Of a DNA stretch of 64,000 nt, positions 28,545 to 38,150 are shown in pieces. The first letter of the stretch is position 1, and each line of letters opens with the position of its first letter. The translations under genes were made by a program, and so were the position numbers. The notes beneath the pieces were generated by a model. It searched no databases. It saw only the letters and a list, made by a program, of their open reading frames with translations, and had not been told where the DNA came from. The DNA is from a bacterium (lineage in GTDB: Bacteria > Patescibacteriota > Patescibacteriia > JACQRZ01): positions 16,337 through 80,336 of the forward strand of contig JAUYIE010000020.1 in NCBI GenBank assembly GCA_030688365.1, read 5' to 3'.

Positions 28545-30239
28545 TTGACGATTATAGCATCCTTTTTTAAACGAAAATTAGTATGGGTGGGTATTGTGAT
28601 CATAATAATCATCGGCGTTGTGGTAGGACTTTCTTTAAGAGCAAAACCACCATTGACCCCCGCATATACTGTCAGTTCACAAGACGTACGACGTACCATT
28701 ATTTCAACTGGTACCGTAACATCACATATGGATTTGAGTTTGAGTTTTAAAACTTCGGGTATCTTAAAAACACTCAATGTAAAAGTGGGCGACAAGGTAA
28801 AAGAAGGACAGTTATTGGCGTCTTTGGATGATGCGGATGCCGGTGTATCAGTGGCACAAGCACAGAGCCAACTTCTTTCTGCTCAAGCAACATATGATAA
28901 ATTGATTAACGGTGCCTCGGGTCCCGATATTGATGTCAGCAGGGCAAATGTTGAATCAGCGAAGACTACACTTTCCAATGCTGAAAAAAATCTTACTGAC
29001 GTGACGGCTACGCAGGATCTTTTGATAAAAAATAGTAAGGAATCTATCGCGCAGGCGAAAAACAATCTTAGTTTGGTAAAAAATCAACAAGATCAATTGG
29101 TAAAAAATGCATACAATCTTTTATTGAACAGTGGACTGGAGCCCGTACCAGTATATGATAACGCAACAGGTACACCGACAGTAACAGGTGTATATGACGG
29201 ATCATCTCCATCGGGAACATATATTATTAAAACGTATTTGGGTAGTGACGGAGTTAACTTTACTTCGTCAGGGTTGGGAAGCGGTGGTGGCGCGTTGATA
29301 TTGAATATCCCCTTAGCTATTGGTCATGAGTTATATATCACGTTTTCTTCAACACCCACAAATGGCGACTGGACGATTGATGTGCCTAACACACAATCTA
29401 GTGGTTATGTAGCGAATCAAAGTGCATATCAAACGGCGTTACAAACACAAACCCAGGCAATCCATACCGCACAGACCACACTAGATAACGCGAATATTGC
29501 TCTGCAGACAGCTATACAAACACGTGCACAGGCCATCAATACCGCAATAGCAACTATTGAATCAGCACGCGTTGCGTTGCAACAAGCAAATGCAGCGTAT
29601 ATACTCAAGATTTCTGCCGCACGATCGGAGGATGTTGCGGTCGCAAAAGCTACTGTAGCACAAGCACAAAGTTCACTTGCTCTGGCGCAAAACACATTGA
29701 GTAATCTATCCATCACATCACCGATTTCTGGGTTGGTAACTATAGTAGCACCCAAATTGGGAGAACAAATCGTTGCGTCAAAAGAAGTGGTTAAAATATT
29801 GGATGATACGTCTTTGCATGTAGAGTCATATATTCCAGAATCTTCTATTGCGACCGTGTCAGAGGGGCAAGTCGTCGAAATGACCCTCGACGCGCTTGGA
29901 CCGGAAATTAACTTGTCAGGTAAGGTTATTTCTATTGATCCAGCGGCAACAGTCATGTCGGGTGTTATTGAGTTTCGCGTGATTACTTCATTGCCAGTAG
30001 ATGAGCGCATCAAAGCGGGAATGACGGCGAATCTTACTGTGATTACCGGTGAAAAAAAGGATGTCATGGTAGTACCAAATAGATTGATTGCATCACAAGG
30101 TACACAAGAATCAGTGATGATTCTTCGCGAAGGTATAGGAGTGAGTATACCTATTACTACCGGATTGATGGGTGATAATTATACAGAAGTCCTTTCTGGT
30201 ATTTCAAATGGTGATTTGTTGTTAAATCCAGTGCCTTAA
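28545..30239 (+). CDS. HlyD/MacA-family periplasmic adaptor (membrane fusion protein) with long coiled coil
   Basis: N-terminal TM anchor. Lipoyl/beta-barrel motifs (VKVGDKVKEGQLLASLD). Long Q/A-rich coiled-coil hairpin. TTG start, so the exact start is uncertain. Confidence 0.7.
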   Translation: MTIIASFFKRKLVWVGIVIIIIIGVVVGLSLRAKPPLTPAYTVSSQDVRRTIISTGTVTSHMDLSLSFKTSGILKTLNVKVGDKVKEGQLLASLDDADAGVSVAQAQSQLLSAQATYDKLINGASGPDIDVSRANVESAKTTLSNAEKNLTDVTATQDLLIKNSKESIAQAKNNLSLVKNQQDQLVKNAYNLLLNSGLEPVPVYDNATGTPTVTGVYDGSSPSGTYIIKTYLGSDGVNFTSSGLGSGGGALILNIPLAIGHELYITFSSTPTNGDWTIDVPNTQSSGYVANQSAYQTALQTQTQAIHTAQTTLDNANIALQTAIQTRAQAINTAIATIESARVALQQANAAYILKISAARSEDVAVAKATVAQAQSSLALAQNTLSNLSITSPISGLVTIVAPKLGEQIVASKEVVKILDDTSLHVESYIPESSIATVSEGQVVEMTLDALGPEINLSGKVISIDPAATVMSGVIEFRVITSLPVDERIKAGMTANLTVITGEKKDVMVVPNRLIASQGTQESVMILREGIGVSIPITTGLMGDNYTEVLSGISNGDLLLNPVP

Positions 30240-30250
30240 TTTTTGTCATT

Positions 30251-30937
30251 ATGGCATTGATTGATCTCGTCGACGTTAAGAAAAAGTATCGTTTGGGAAA
30301 GACAAATGAGTTGGAAATACTCAAAGGCATTACGCTTTCAATAGACGAGGGCGAATTTGTAGCAATCATGGGTCCATCCGGGTCAGGTAAATCTACTCTT
30401 ATGCACATTACCGGTTTTTTGGATCATATGACATCGGGGTCGTATCAATTTGACAATAAAGACGTGACATATCTGAACGATTCAGAACTTGCGCGTATTC
30501 GTAATAAGCATATAGGGTTTGTATTTCAGGCATTCAATCTTTTGCCTCGTACGAGCGCGCTTGAAAACGTTCGCATTCCAATGATGTATGCACGAAATAA
30601 ATCTCATGCGCAGATGAATGCCACCGCGAGAGAGATGTTGGAACGAGTGGGACTTGGTGATCGTATTCATCACCCGCCTTCTGAATTATCTGGTGGACAA
30701 CAACAAAGAGTAGCGATTGCTCGCGCTTTGATCAATGATCCAAAAGTTATTTTTGCTGATGAACCAACTGGTAATCTTGATTCAATATCGTCGCTTGAAA
30801 TTATGGATATTTTTAAAGAGCTAAACAAAGCAGGTCATACTATTTTGTATGTTACTCATGAACAAAAAATCGCGGAATATGCAGGGCGAGTCATTCGTAT
30901 GCATGATGGTAAAGTTTTGACTGATAAAAATAAATAA
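30251..30937 (+). CDS. ABC transporter ATP-binding protein (MacB/LolD-type)
   Basis: Walker [13 protein letters not shown] signature [15 protein letters not shown]. Walker [12 protein letters not shown]. Confidence 0.85.
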   Translation: MALIDLVDVKKKYRLGKTNELEILKGITLSIDEGEFVAIMGPSGSGKSTLMHITGFLDHMTSGSYQFDNKDVTYLNDSELARIRNKHIGFVFQAFNLLPRTSALENVRIPMMYARNKSHAQMNATAREMLERVGLGDRIHHPPSELSGGQQQRVAIARALINDPKVIFADEPTGNLDSISSLEIMDIFKELNKAGHTILYVTHEQKIAEYAGRVIRMHDGKVLTDKNK

Positions 30938-30938
30938 T

Positions 30939-32171
30939 ATGTTTTGGCAAACCATAAAAATGGCATTTCGGGCATTATCTCTCAACAAAGTGCGTACTGC
31001 TCTCACCATGTTAGGTATCATTATTGGCATTACGTCGGTGATCATTTTGGTTTCAGCGGGGCAGGGAGCGCAATCGTTGATTATCGGACAGATTCAAGGC
31101 GTGGGTTCAAATCTTATCTTTATTCTCCCCGGGGGAAGTCAAAAAGGAGAATTTTCTCCTCCTGCTGCCAGTCAAGGTATCCTTGTAACGACATTAAGTA
31201 ATCAAGATATCAAAGCAATTCGTAATCCGATTCTTGCGCCTAGTGTGCAATACGTCAACCCGGAAGTACGGGGGCAGTTTACTGTTGTGTATGGTAACCA
31301 TGATCAGCAAGTTTCTGTAGCAGGAGATGATGATACATATGCGCGAGTGCACAATCTGGAGTTTAGTGCTGGTGATTGGTTTTCCAAGAGCGAGGTGGAC
31401 GGTTTTACGCAGGTTGCAGTCCTCGGATCTAAAGTAAAGGAAGATTTATTTGGTGCTCGTGATCCATTGGGGCAAATTATCAAAATCAAAGAACTAAGTT
31501 TTCGTGTTGTGGGTGTCATGAAGCCAAAAGGCGTTGGCGTTGGTGGTGTTGATCAAGATAGTCAAATTACTGTGCCGGTAACTACAGCACAAAAAATTCT
31601 TTTGGGTATCAATTATTACAACATGGTACAGGTACAAGTCAAAGATGAAACATATATGGAAAGCGCGCAAGATGAAATAACAAAAATTTTACGAAATAAT
31701 CATCATATCACGGATCCGAACAAGGATGATTTTACTATCAGAAATCAAAAGGATATTTTGGAACTTCTTGGCACCATCACTTCCGCTTTGACATTATTTT
31801 TGGGAGCCATCGCCGGTATATCATTGGTGGTGGGTGGTATAGGTATTATGAATATCATGTTGGTGTCAGTAACAGAACGGACACGAGAAATCGGTCTTAG
31901 AAAGGCAATCGGCGCTCAACGTTCTGATATTTTATTACAATTTTTACTTGAAGCAGTAACCCTTACGGTGATAGGCGGTCTTATTGGTATTGGGTTTGGC
32001 TATTTGGGATCAATCATCATCGCTCATATAGGGAATTGGAGCCCTGTAGTGCCGTTATCAGGCGTTGCGCTGGCATTTGGGGGTTCTGCACTGTTTGGGC
32101 TTGTTTTTGGCATGTATCCGGCATATAAAGCCGCAAAATTGGATCCTATTCAAGCATTGAGGTTTGAATAG
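30939..32171 (+). CDS. ABC transporter permease, FtsX/MacB-type
   Basis: N-terminal TM helix, a large periplasmic domain, then three C-terminal TM helices. The FtsX-like C-terminus is LDPIQALRFE. Confidence 0.8.
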   Translation: MFWQTIKMAFRALSLNKVRTALTMLGIIIGITSVIILVSAGQGAQSLIIGQIQGVGSNLIFILPGGSQKGEFSPPAASQGILVTTLSNQDIKAIRNPILAPSVQYVNPEVRGQFTVVYGNHDQQVSVAGDDDTYARVHNLEFSAGDWFSKSEVDGFTQVAVLGSKVKEDLFGARDPLGQIIKIKELSFRVVGVMKPKGVGVGGVDQDSQITVPVTTAQKILLGINYYNMVQVQVKDETYMESAQDEITKILRNNHHITDPNKDDFTIRNQKDILELLGTITSALTLFLGAIAGISLVVGGIGIMNIMLVSVTERTREIGLRKAIGAQRSDILLQFLLEAVTLTVIGGLIGIGFGYLGSIIIAHIGNWSPVVPLSGVALAFGGSALFGLVFGMYPAYKAAKLDPIQALRFE

Positions 32172-32300
32172 GAAGTTATACACATCACACTTATCAAGTC
32201 AGTGCTATACTACTGTCAGTTTGTTCGCACCAGAGAGCTAACTATTAGCAATATTATTGTAACTTGAAAATTAAATTTCAAGGAAATAGAGGAGAAAGAG

Positions 32301-33407
32301 ATGAGCAAATTTGCAGCACCCCTATTGATTAGGGGAAAAAAGCATATTGTTGTTAAACGAAAAAAAAAGGATCAAAGAAGAGTAGAGAATCCTCCACCTG
32401 CACTGACGACGATACCTCGCAGTGATACCATCATCAAGATAAAAAATGTTATAGCACAATCTCAGCGTGGCTGGTTTGTAAAGCACGGATATCTTGAAGA
32501 ATGGTATCCAGTGATTACATCCGCAACAGGAAGTTGTGAGGCGGTAGGAAACGTCTACTTTGTTGAAATTGCAGACGGTCTTGTTCGTACATTGATGCAG
32601 ACATCACAGTTGGAAATAGAAGAACAGATAATTCTTGGAGAATTATTTCGTATCTTTACCTTTGCCAGATCTTGTCGTAAAGAACATGGAGGGATGGACA
32701 TCAAAGATGGGCGTCATCTTACTGATTTCTTGTTAGTAGAATGGGAGGCACTCAATGTCAATCTGAAGAAGCTTATAGATGATAATGTAAGCATGATTCG
32801 GTATATTATAGAGACAGTATTGGCTAGTACTTTACTTCCTTTTGCACAACATGATAATCTCTATGCCTGGTATACTCATTTTAAAAAACATGATATCCGG
32901 ATTACATATAAGACAGCCATCAAGGAGTTACAGGATCAGGGTTTTCCGATTAAATATGGTGATGACCTGTCCAGTGATGCTGAAAGGGTGCTGACGCAAA
33001 CGTTTGGTATACACCATGTGACTCACTATCCGGAAAAGATAAAGTTTTTTAATATGTTACGGAGCAGGAAAGGGTGTCCTGGTACTAAAGGGTCTGTTGA
33101 GTGTGCAGATCTTTTGATGCCGTATGCTGGAGAAACGACAGGGATGTCTCAAAGAGAATATGATTACGATATTCTGGTTGAAAAGTTGTACAATGCTCCC
33201 ATGTATTCTCAACTGATGAGTGAATACAAACAGAGAGGAGCAAATACGCGACAGGTTGAAGCGGATTTTGAAAGATATCTTAATCTCTTCAAAGGCGCAG
33301 CTCTTCAGTGGCCAAATCAGAAACGGATTTTTAGATCTGGTGCAGGACAAGGAGGTGGACGACTTCTGCAATTTATTTTATCCTCTGATAAGATCATTCA
33401 GTGGTAA
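32301..33407 (+). CDS. Class II aminoacyl-tRNA-synthetase-like catalytic core (AsnA / AsnRS-paralog type), no anticodon-binding domain
   Basis: Motif 1-like WFVKHGYLEEWYPVIT. Motif 2-like FRIFTFARSCRKEHGGMDIKDGRHLTDFLLVEWE. Motif 3-like GAGQGGGRLLQFIL (compare E. coli AsnA GGGIGQSRL). Basic N-terminal extension. Confidence 0.5.
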   Translation: MSKFAAPLLIRGKKHIVVKRKKKDQRRVENPPPALTTIPRSDTIIKIKNVIAQSQRGWFVKHGYLEEWYPVITSATGSCEAVGNVYFVEIADGLVRTLMQTSQLEIEEQIILGELFRIFTFARSCRKEHGGMDIKDGRHLTDFLLVEWEALNVNLKKLIDDNVSMIRYIIETVLASTLLPFAQHDNLYAWYTHFKKHDIRITYKTAIKELQDQGFPIKYGDDLSSDAERVLTQTFGIHHVTHYPEKIKFFNMLRSRKGCPGTKGSVECADLLMPYAGETTGMSQREYDYDILVEKLYNAPMYSQLMSEYKQRGANTRQVEADFERYLNLFKGAALQWPNQKRIFRSGAGQGGGRLLQFILSSDKIIQW

Positions 33408-33426
33408 AATAATAATGATTCTTTTT

Positions 33427-33455
33427 GACAACCGTAATGGTTGTCTATTTTTTTT
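33427..33455 (+). terminator. Rho-independent terminator
   Basis: Hairpin GACAACC-GTAAT-GGTTGTC followed by a T-run (TATTTTTTTT). Confidence 0.55.
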
Positions 33456-33539
33456 AAGAAGGGGTTGCCATCAAACCATAGGTGCGTTATAGTGCGCGTG
33501 GTGTATATATGTTCTCTATAATTTAAGGGGTAAATAAAA

Positions 33540-34904
33540 ATGAAGAAGATGGTAGAGTTAGGCAAGTTGTTGGATTGGGGGTTCGTGTTCCCCGTATTTA
33601 GTGGCATACAGATAGATATCAATGTCGTACTTCGGCTGGTCAAGGAAATGATGGAAGAGGCAATGTTGTGCAACCATAGTTGTACAGATATTGTAGGAGA
33701 ATATGATTGTCCTGCAGCATTTTTGTATAATAAAGGGCTGAAAAAAAAATATCTTGCGTCAATGCTCAAGATATTGGAATGGATAGAGATTGCGGCAGAA
33801 GGATTACGACGTGTGCGCGATGATTTTTTAAGAGATGATAAAGGATTTTATTTGAGGTACAATATACCTCCGATCATTCAGGAGTATATTAAAGAAAATC
33901 TGCGCACAGGAAAAATTGAGGTGAATCTGTTTGGGGGAAATCCTGAGATGCATCCGGCCATTCTTGAACTTGTCGTGCAATTGCGCCTTCGTGGTTTTAT
34001 TGTAAACCTTACGACGACAGGCCGTAGTTTTTTGGAAGAAAAAACTTTTTTTGATGGGATAAAAAAAGCGTCTCCCCACCTTATAGCGGTAAGTGCTGAT
34101 GATTTTGAAATCAGACGCTTGAAGGATTTGTTGAAACTTGATACTGAAGAGTTAAGACAAGAATGGAGAAAGATTCCAAAAGATCACGGTCAAGCGCAGA
34201 AGTTCTTAGAAGGAGTCTATACAGCGAAATTGTTTTCAGGGATGAAGGAGCCGAAATTACTGTTTAATATGGTAATCCATCGGAAAAATATTGCACATGT
34301 GGGGAGCCTTATCAATGCACTTGCAAAACAATTTCCTAATGTCTTGATTAATCCGTATCCCATGCAAGCGAGCTTTGCCTATAAGTCAGAATTTTTTGAT
34401 GACAGTGATCTAAAGATGTTCCATAGATTTGTTGACCGTATGATAGATCTTACCATCTCAGGGGCTCCATTTATTACAAAGAGGCTCCATTATTGGATCG
34501 TCATGAAAGCAGTGTTTTTGACATATAAAGCAGACACGTACACGATTAGGAGGATGGTCGCAGGATATGGGACATGGCAATGCTATCGCGAGCCCAATAT
34601 TCCCTATCTTCAGATTGGGAGAGGTCCGAAAGGACTCATCATTACCGACGCGACGGCGGGGGGCAAGCTGGGCTGTTTTTGGAATAATCAGACCGTGACC
34701 CAAAGCCAAACTCTCGCATCAATTGATCAAGTGTCTGAGTATCTTTCAGGAGGGATGAAAGAATTGGCGCGTCGATCTGCTCAACCATGTCCAGGGTGTA
34801 ATATGCCACGTCTGTGGTTTAATGTCCTTTCCACATGGGCAGGCATTTCTCCAAAGCTTGTGCCTGCAGTGTTGCACCTTCAAGAAAAACATCTTGGATT
34901 TTAA
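33540..34904 (+). CDS. Radical-SAM-like protein lacking the canonical CX3CX2C motif (uncertain), with a Cys-rich C-terminus
   Basis: GGNPEM motif, resembling the GGEPLL of radical SAM enzymes. The N-terminal Cys triad is CNHSC-x8-C. C-terminal CPGC and other Cys residues. Confidence 0.35.
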   Translation: MKKMVELGKLLDWGFVFPVFSGIQIDINVVLRLVKEMMEEAMLCNHSCTDIVGEYDCPAAFLYNKGLKKKYLASMLKILEWIEIAAEGLRRVRDDFLRDDKGFYLRYNIPPIIQEYIKENLRTGKIEVNLFGGNPEMHPAILELVVQLRLRGFIVNLTTTGRSFLEEKTFFDGIKKASPHLIAVSADDFEIRRLKDLLKLDTEELRQEWRKIPKDHGQAQKFLEGVYTAKLFSGMKEPKLLFNMVIHRKNIAHVGSLINALAKQFPNVLINPYPMQASFAYKSEFFDDSDLKMFHRFVDRMIDLTISGAPFITKRLHYWIVMKAVFLTYKADTYTIRRMVAGYGTWQCYREPNIPYLQIGRGPKGLIITDATAGGKLGCFWNNQTVTQSQTLASIDQVSEYLSGGMKELARRSAQPCPGCNMPRLWFNVLSTWAGISPKLVPAVLHLQEKHLGF

Positions 34905-34911
34905 TAAATAA

Positions 34912-34952
34912 AAAAACTCTTGTTGTGCTAATGCATCACAAGAGTTTTTTTC
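34912..34952. terminator. Bidirectional rho-independent terminator
   Basis: An 8-bp stem ACTCTTGT/ACAAGAGT flanked by an A-run and a T-run, between convergent genes. Confidence 0.6.
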
Positions 34953-34954
34953 TT

Positions 34955-36346
34955 TTACCCGCGTTTTACGCATTTTTGAAATAAGTTTTTAAAAGTACCA
35001 TCGGGGTCATATTTTGTTTTAAGGGTAGTATACGCGGGTTTATTATAAATAGTCCAAAATTCATCTTCAGGATAATATGATGATGAATAGAGTGATTTTT
35101 TTCCACCCAGCTCTTGTACTTTTTTCTCAATGAGCCGATTGTAATAGCCCTCTTCTTTATCAGAACGGACTGAATCCCAAAAACCAAAGTTGATATAGAG
35201 TTGTCCCGGCGTTACAGCAAATAAGTCAAAGTTTTTTTCGCTAGGCATTGTAGGACAGATCCATATTGGCTTGATACCTATCTCATTATGGAAAAAGTGC
35301 ATAAATTCTGATGCTCGTTCTATCGGTATCTCAACGTCTTGTATTACTGGTTCTCTATTTCCTTTGATGCGTGAGATTAGGTTTGTAAATTTGTATCGCG
35401 TTGCAAGATTTTTAATTTTCCAATACACGGTGGACCGCAGAAATCGTGGGCCGACAAGAGCGCGTAACACTAGATTTTGTACACCAAAGACTTTGGAGCA
35501 CCAAAACCAATCAGTGTCCCAGCGCCAGATATAATCATGTGCTGTAAGAAAATCTTCCTCCCTGTGCGCAAGAGAGCGATAATATATACCCATATAGGTA
35601 TAATCACTGTTTGTAGGCGCCGTGTCAGTAAACGTGCCGATATTCAGATAATATATTCCGCGCTCAAATGCGACGCCGTCAATAAAATCAGCAAGACCGT
35701 CTGTGTTGCGCGTTTTTTCACAGATTGCCTTGATAGCGGTGAAAAAAGACGTGGCATCTTGGTAAGGAATATGTTTGACACGCACAAACCTTTTTATCGG
35801 AATCAGTGATACTGTTAATTTCAGCGCATACCCAAGTGTTCCATACGAGTTTGGAAAGCCATAAAACAAATCAGCATATGTATTGTCAGGCGAACATGTT
35901 CGCACTACGCCATCTCCGCATAAAATTTCCATTTCTTTAATTGTTTCATGAACAAAGCCATAGCGAAATGATGTGGCTTCGATCCCTACACCACTCACGG
36001 CACCGCCGATGGTGATAGATTTGAGTTCAGGCACCACCGTAGGCATGAGACCAAAAGGGAGTGTTTGTTCTACCAGTTCTTCATATGTGGTCATGCCTTC
36101 TACTTGTGCGGTACGACTGACTGTATCCACACTGATAACACGATTCAATCGTGCGAGATTTATTTTTTTGACTATGCCTTGTTTGCGATCTCTAAAAAGA
36201 TTGGAAGTTTTTTTTCCGCCAATAGCAATAGTAGCCGTGCTTACTCTGTGTGCACTCGTTGTGGCAAATTCATGCACCGCTTGTTCTTTTTTTCGTACAT
36301 AGTCCTGTAGAGAATCCATCCTCATTGTGTGCGTTGTGTGCATCAT
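34955..36346 (-). CDS. FAD-linked oxidase (FAD_binding_4/PCMH-type), BfaA/DHCR24-like
   Basis: PCMH-type FAD-binding region (ATIAIGGKKTSNLF...ELKSITIGGAVSGVGIEATSFRYG). Start ATG at 36346, 3 nt after the cfa-like stop. Confidence 0.7.
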   Translation of the reverse strand: MMHTTHTMRMDSLQDYVRKKEQAVHEFATTSAHRVSTATIAIGGKKTSNLFRDRKQGIVKKINLARLNRVISVDTVSRTAQVEGMTTYEELVEQTLPFGLMPTVVPELKSITIGGAVSGVGIEATSFRYGFVHETIKEMEILCGDGVVRTCSPDNTYADLFYGFPNSYGTLGYALKLTVSLIPIKRFVRVKHIPYQDATSFFTAIKAICEKTRNTDGLADFIDGVAFERGIYYLNIGTFTDTAPTNSDYTYMGIYYRSLAHREEDFLTAHDYIWRWDTDWFWCSKVFGVQNLVLRALVGPRFLRSTVYWKIKNLATRYKFTNLISRIKGNREPVIQDVEIPIERASEFMHFFHNEIGIKPIWICPTMPSEKNFDLFAVTPGQLYINFGFWDSVRSDKEEGYYNRLIEKKVQELGGKKSLYSSSYYPEDEFWTIYNKPAYTTLKTKYDPDGTFKNLFQKCVKRG

Positions 36347-36349
36347 ATC

Positions 36350-37468
36350 TTATCGTATTGACTTGTAACCTCCGCGTATACCGCCTTTGGAATATACCAC
36401 TTGCCATAACTGATTACGACGTGCACGGAATCCGCCGGCGCAACAGAGCAGATAATATTTCCACATTCGATAAAAACGATCGTTGAAATGATTGGATTTT
36501 ATAGTTGGCCAATTGTGGTTGAAGTTTTCCCACCACGCCATCAAGGTTTTGTCATAGTTTGTACTCAAATTGTGCCAATCTTCCATTACAAATAATTTTT
36601 CTGCAGCTTTGGAAAGCTGTGCCATAGAGGGAAGCATAGAGTTAGGAAAAACGTATTTCTCAATCCATGGATCAGTGCGCTTTACTGATCTGTTTCCTCC
36701 TATTGTATGGAGAAAAAATATACCACCTTCTTTGAGTCGTGCATCGGCAAGTTCCATAAAAGATCGGTAGTTGCGATATCCTACGTGTTCTGCCATCCCG
36801 ATAGCAACTACTGTATCAAACGTTCCGGTAGCGTCGCGATAGTCCGCCTCTTTATATTCAATCGGTAATCCTTTTGCTTTTTCTCGTGCATATGCAATCT
36901 GTTCTTTTGAAATGTTATAACCAGTCACATGGACGTTATAGTGCTGAGCAGCAAACCGTGAAAATCCTCCCCACCCACAGCCGAGTTCCAATACTGTTTC
37001 ACCTTTTTTTAACATCGCTTTTTTACAAATCATATCCAGCTTGTCTTCCTGCGCTTTGTTTAAATTCCTCGCATCTTTCCAATACCCACACGTATATTGC
37101 ATGTAGGGATCCAGCATTTTTTCATAAAAATCATTGCCAATATCATAGTGATCCCTAGCAACCTTTTTTGAGCGTGTTTTTGTTTGCATGTTTAGAAGGT
37201 ATGCCTGTGGCATGAGCAAAATTGTTTCTAGATCTATACTTACTTTCCTCTCAATGTTAGGCACTGACAAAATTTTATCAAAAAATTGATCCAATGCTGG
37301 GGCATCCCACCATCCATCCATATATGATTCACCAAGTCCAAGAGAACCATGCGACAAGACACGATCATAGAAATCATCATTATGCACTTGAATATCCCAA
37401 GAGTTACTCCCATTGATAGTAACATCTGCAAGAGCAAGTATTTCTTGCGTTTTTTTCTTTAGGGGGCT
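36350..37468 (-). CDS. cfa: Cyclopropane-fatty-acyl-phospholipid synthase family SAM methyltransferase (Cfa/CMAS)
   Basis: VLELGCGWGGF SAM motif. The N-terminus aligns closely with E. coli Cfa (INGS...RVL..GSLGLGESYMDGWW...LD.FF.K.L). The start was set to MATSPLKK at 37468, verified codon by codon. The ORF tabulated in the provided track begins further upstream. Confidence 0.8.
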   Translation of the reverse strand, partial: SPLKKKTQEILALADVTINGSNSWDIQVHNDDFYDRVLSHGSLGLGESYMDGWWDAPALDQFFDKILSVPNIERKVSIDLETILLMPQAYLLNMQTKTRSKKVARDHYDIGNDFYEKMLDPYMQYTCGYWKDARNLNKAQEDKLDMICKKAMLKKGETVLELGCGWGGFSRFAAQHYNVHVTGYNISKEQIAYAREKAKGLPIEYKEADYRDATGTFDTVVAIGMAEHVGYRNYRSFMELADARLKEGGIFFLHTIGGNRSVKRTDPWIEKYVFPNSMLPSMAQLSKAAEKLFVMEDWHNLSTNYDKTLMAWWENFNHNWPTIKSNHFNDRFYRMWKYYLLCCAGGFRARRNQLWQVVYSKGGIRGGYKSIR

Positions 37469-37542
37469 TGTTGCCATATAGTATAAAAAGAAGAAATTAT
37501 GTACTATGATTAAGTAAGGATGCTTTCTATAATAAGCAGTAT

Positions 37543-38115
37543 ATGCCAAAATATCGTCCTGTCCATATCCGACCTTCATATATACCACTTTTGCTTGCTC
37601 TCTTATTCATGGGCGTTTTAGTTGCGGGTTTTGTATATTTTTCCAAAGATCCGGTAAAAGAACAACAACAGAGTGTTATCATGGATCGAATTCCAAATGC
37701 GAGTACCACGCCCGTATCGGTACAAAAAACCGACGATACAGTGACGATTGAAAAAAAATCGCGTGAGGAAAAAAATAAGGAATATACGATTTCATTGCAA
37801 TACCCTTTTTTTATGCGGGGGAAAAATGGTATAGATTCAATAAACATGACCTCTGCGTCATATATGGATGGTATGATAAAAAAGTTTAAGGATGATTTTT
37901 TTCAAGCAAAAAAAGCAGAAACCAATAATACTGTCATTGGACAGTGGTCGCTTGATATGAAGTATCGCGTTTCATACCAATCATCTTCTGTATTTGGTAT
38001 TGTTTTTTCAATTGAAACACATGAAGGTGAGAAGGCGGTAGAAAAAACTATAAAAAATTTCGTGATTGATATTAATGAAAAAAAGATGGTAGCTTTTGAT
38101 GAAGCCGTTGAGTAA
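37543..38115 (+). CDS. Membrane-anchored hypothetical protein
   Basis: N-terminal TM anchor (LLLALLFMGVLVAGFVYF). No recognisable domain. Confidence 0.4.
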   Translation: MPKYRPVHIRPSYIPLLLALLFMGVLVAGFVYFSKDPVKEQQQSVIMDRIPNASTTPVSVQKTDDTVTIEKKSREEKNKEYTISLQYPFFMRGKNGIDSINMTSASYMDGMIKKFKDDFFQAKKAETNNTVIGQWSLDMKYRVSYQSSSVFGIVFSIETHEGEKAVEKTIKNFVIDINEKKMVAFDEAVE

Positions 38116-38150
38116 AGTAAAAAATAAGCATATACTATAGGTATATCAAT

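Noticed and set aside
29429-30067. 212-aa antisense ORF within the HlyD-family adaptor gene
   Set aside because: An Ala/Cys/Ser-rich translation of the GC-biased coiled-coil coding region on the opposite strand. The plus-strand gene has strong family motifs.
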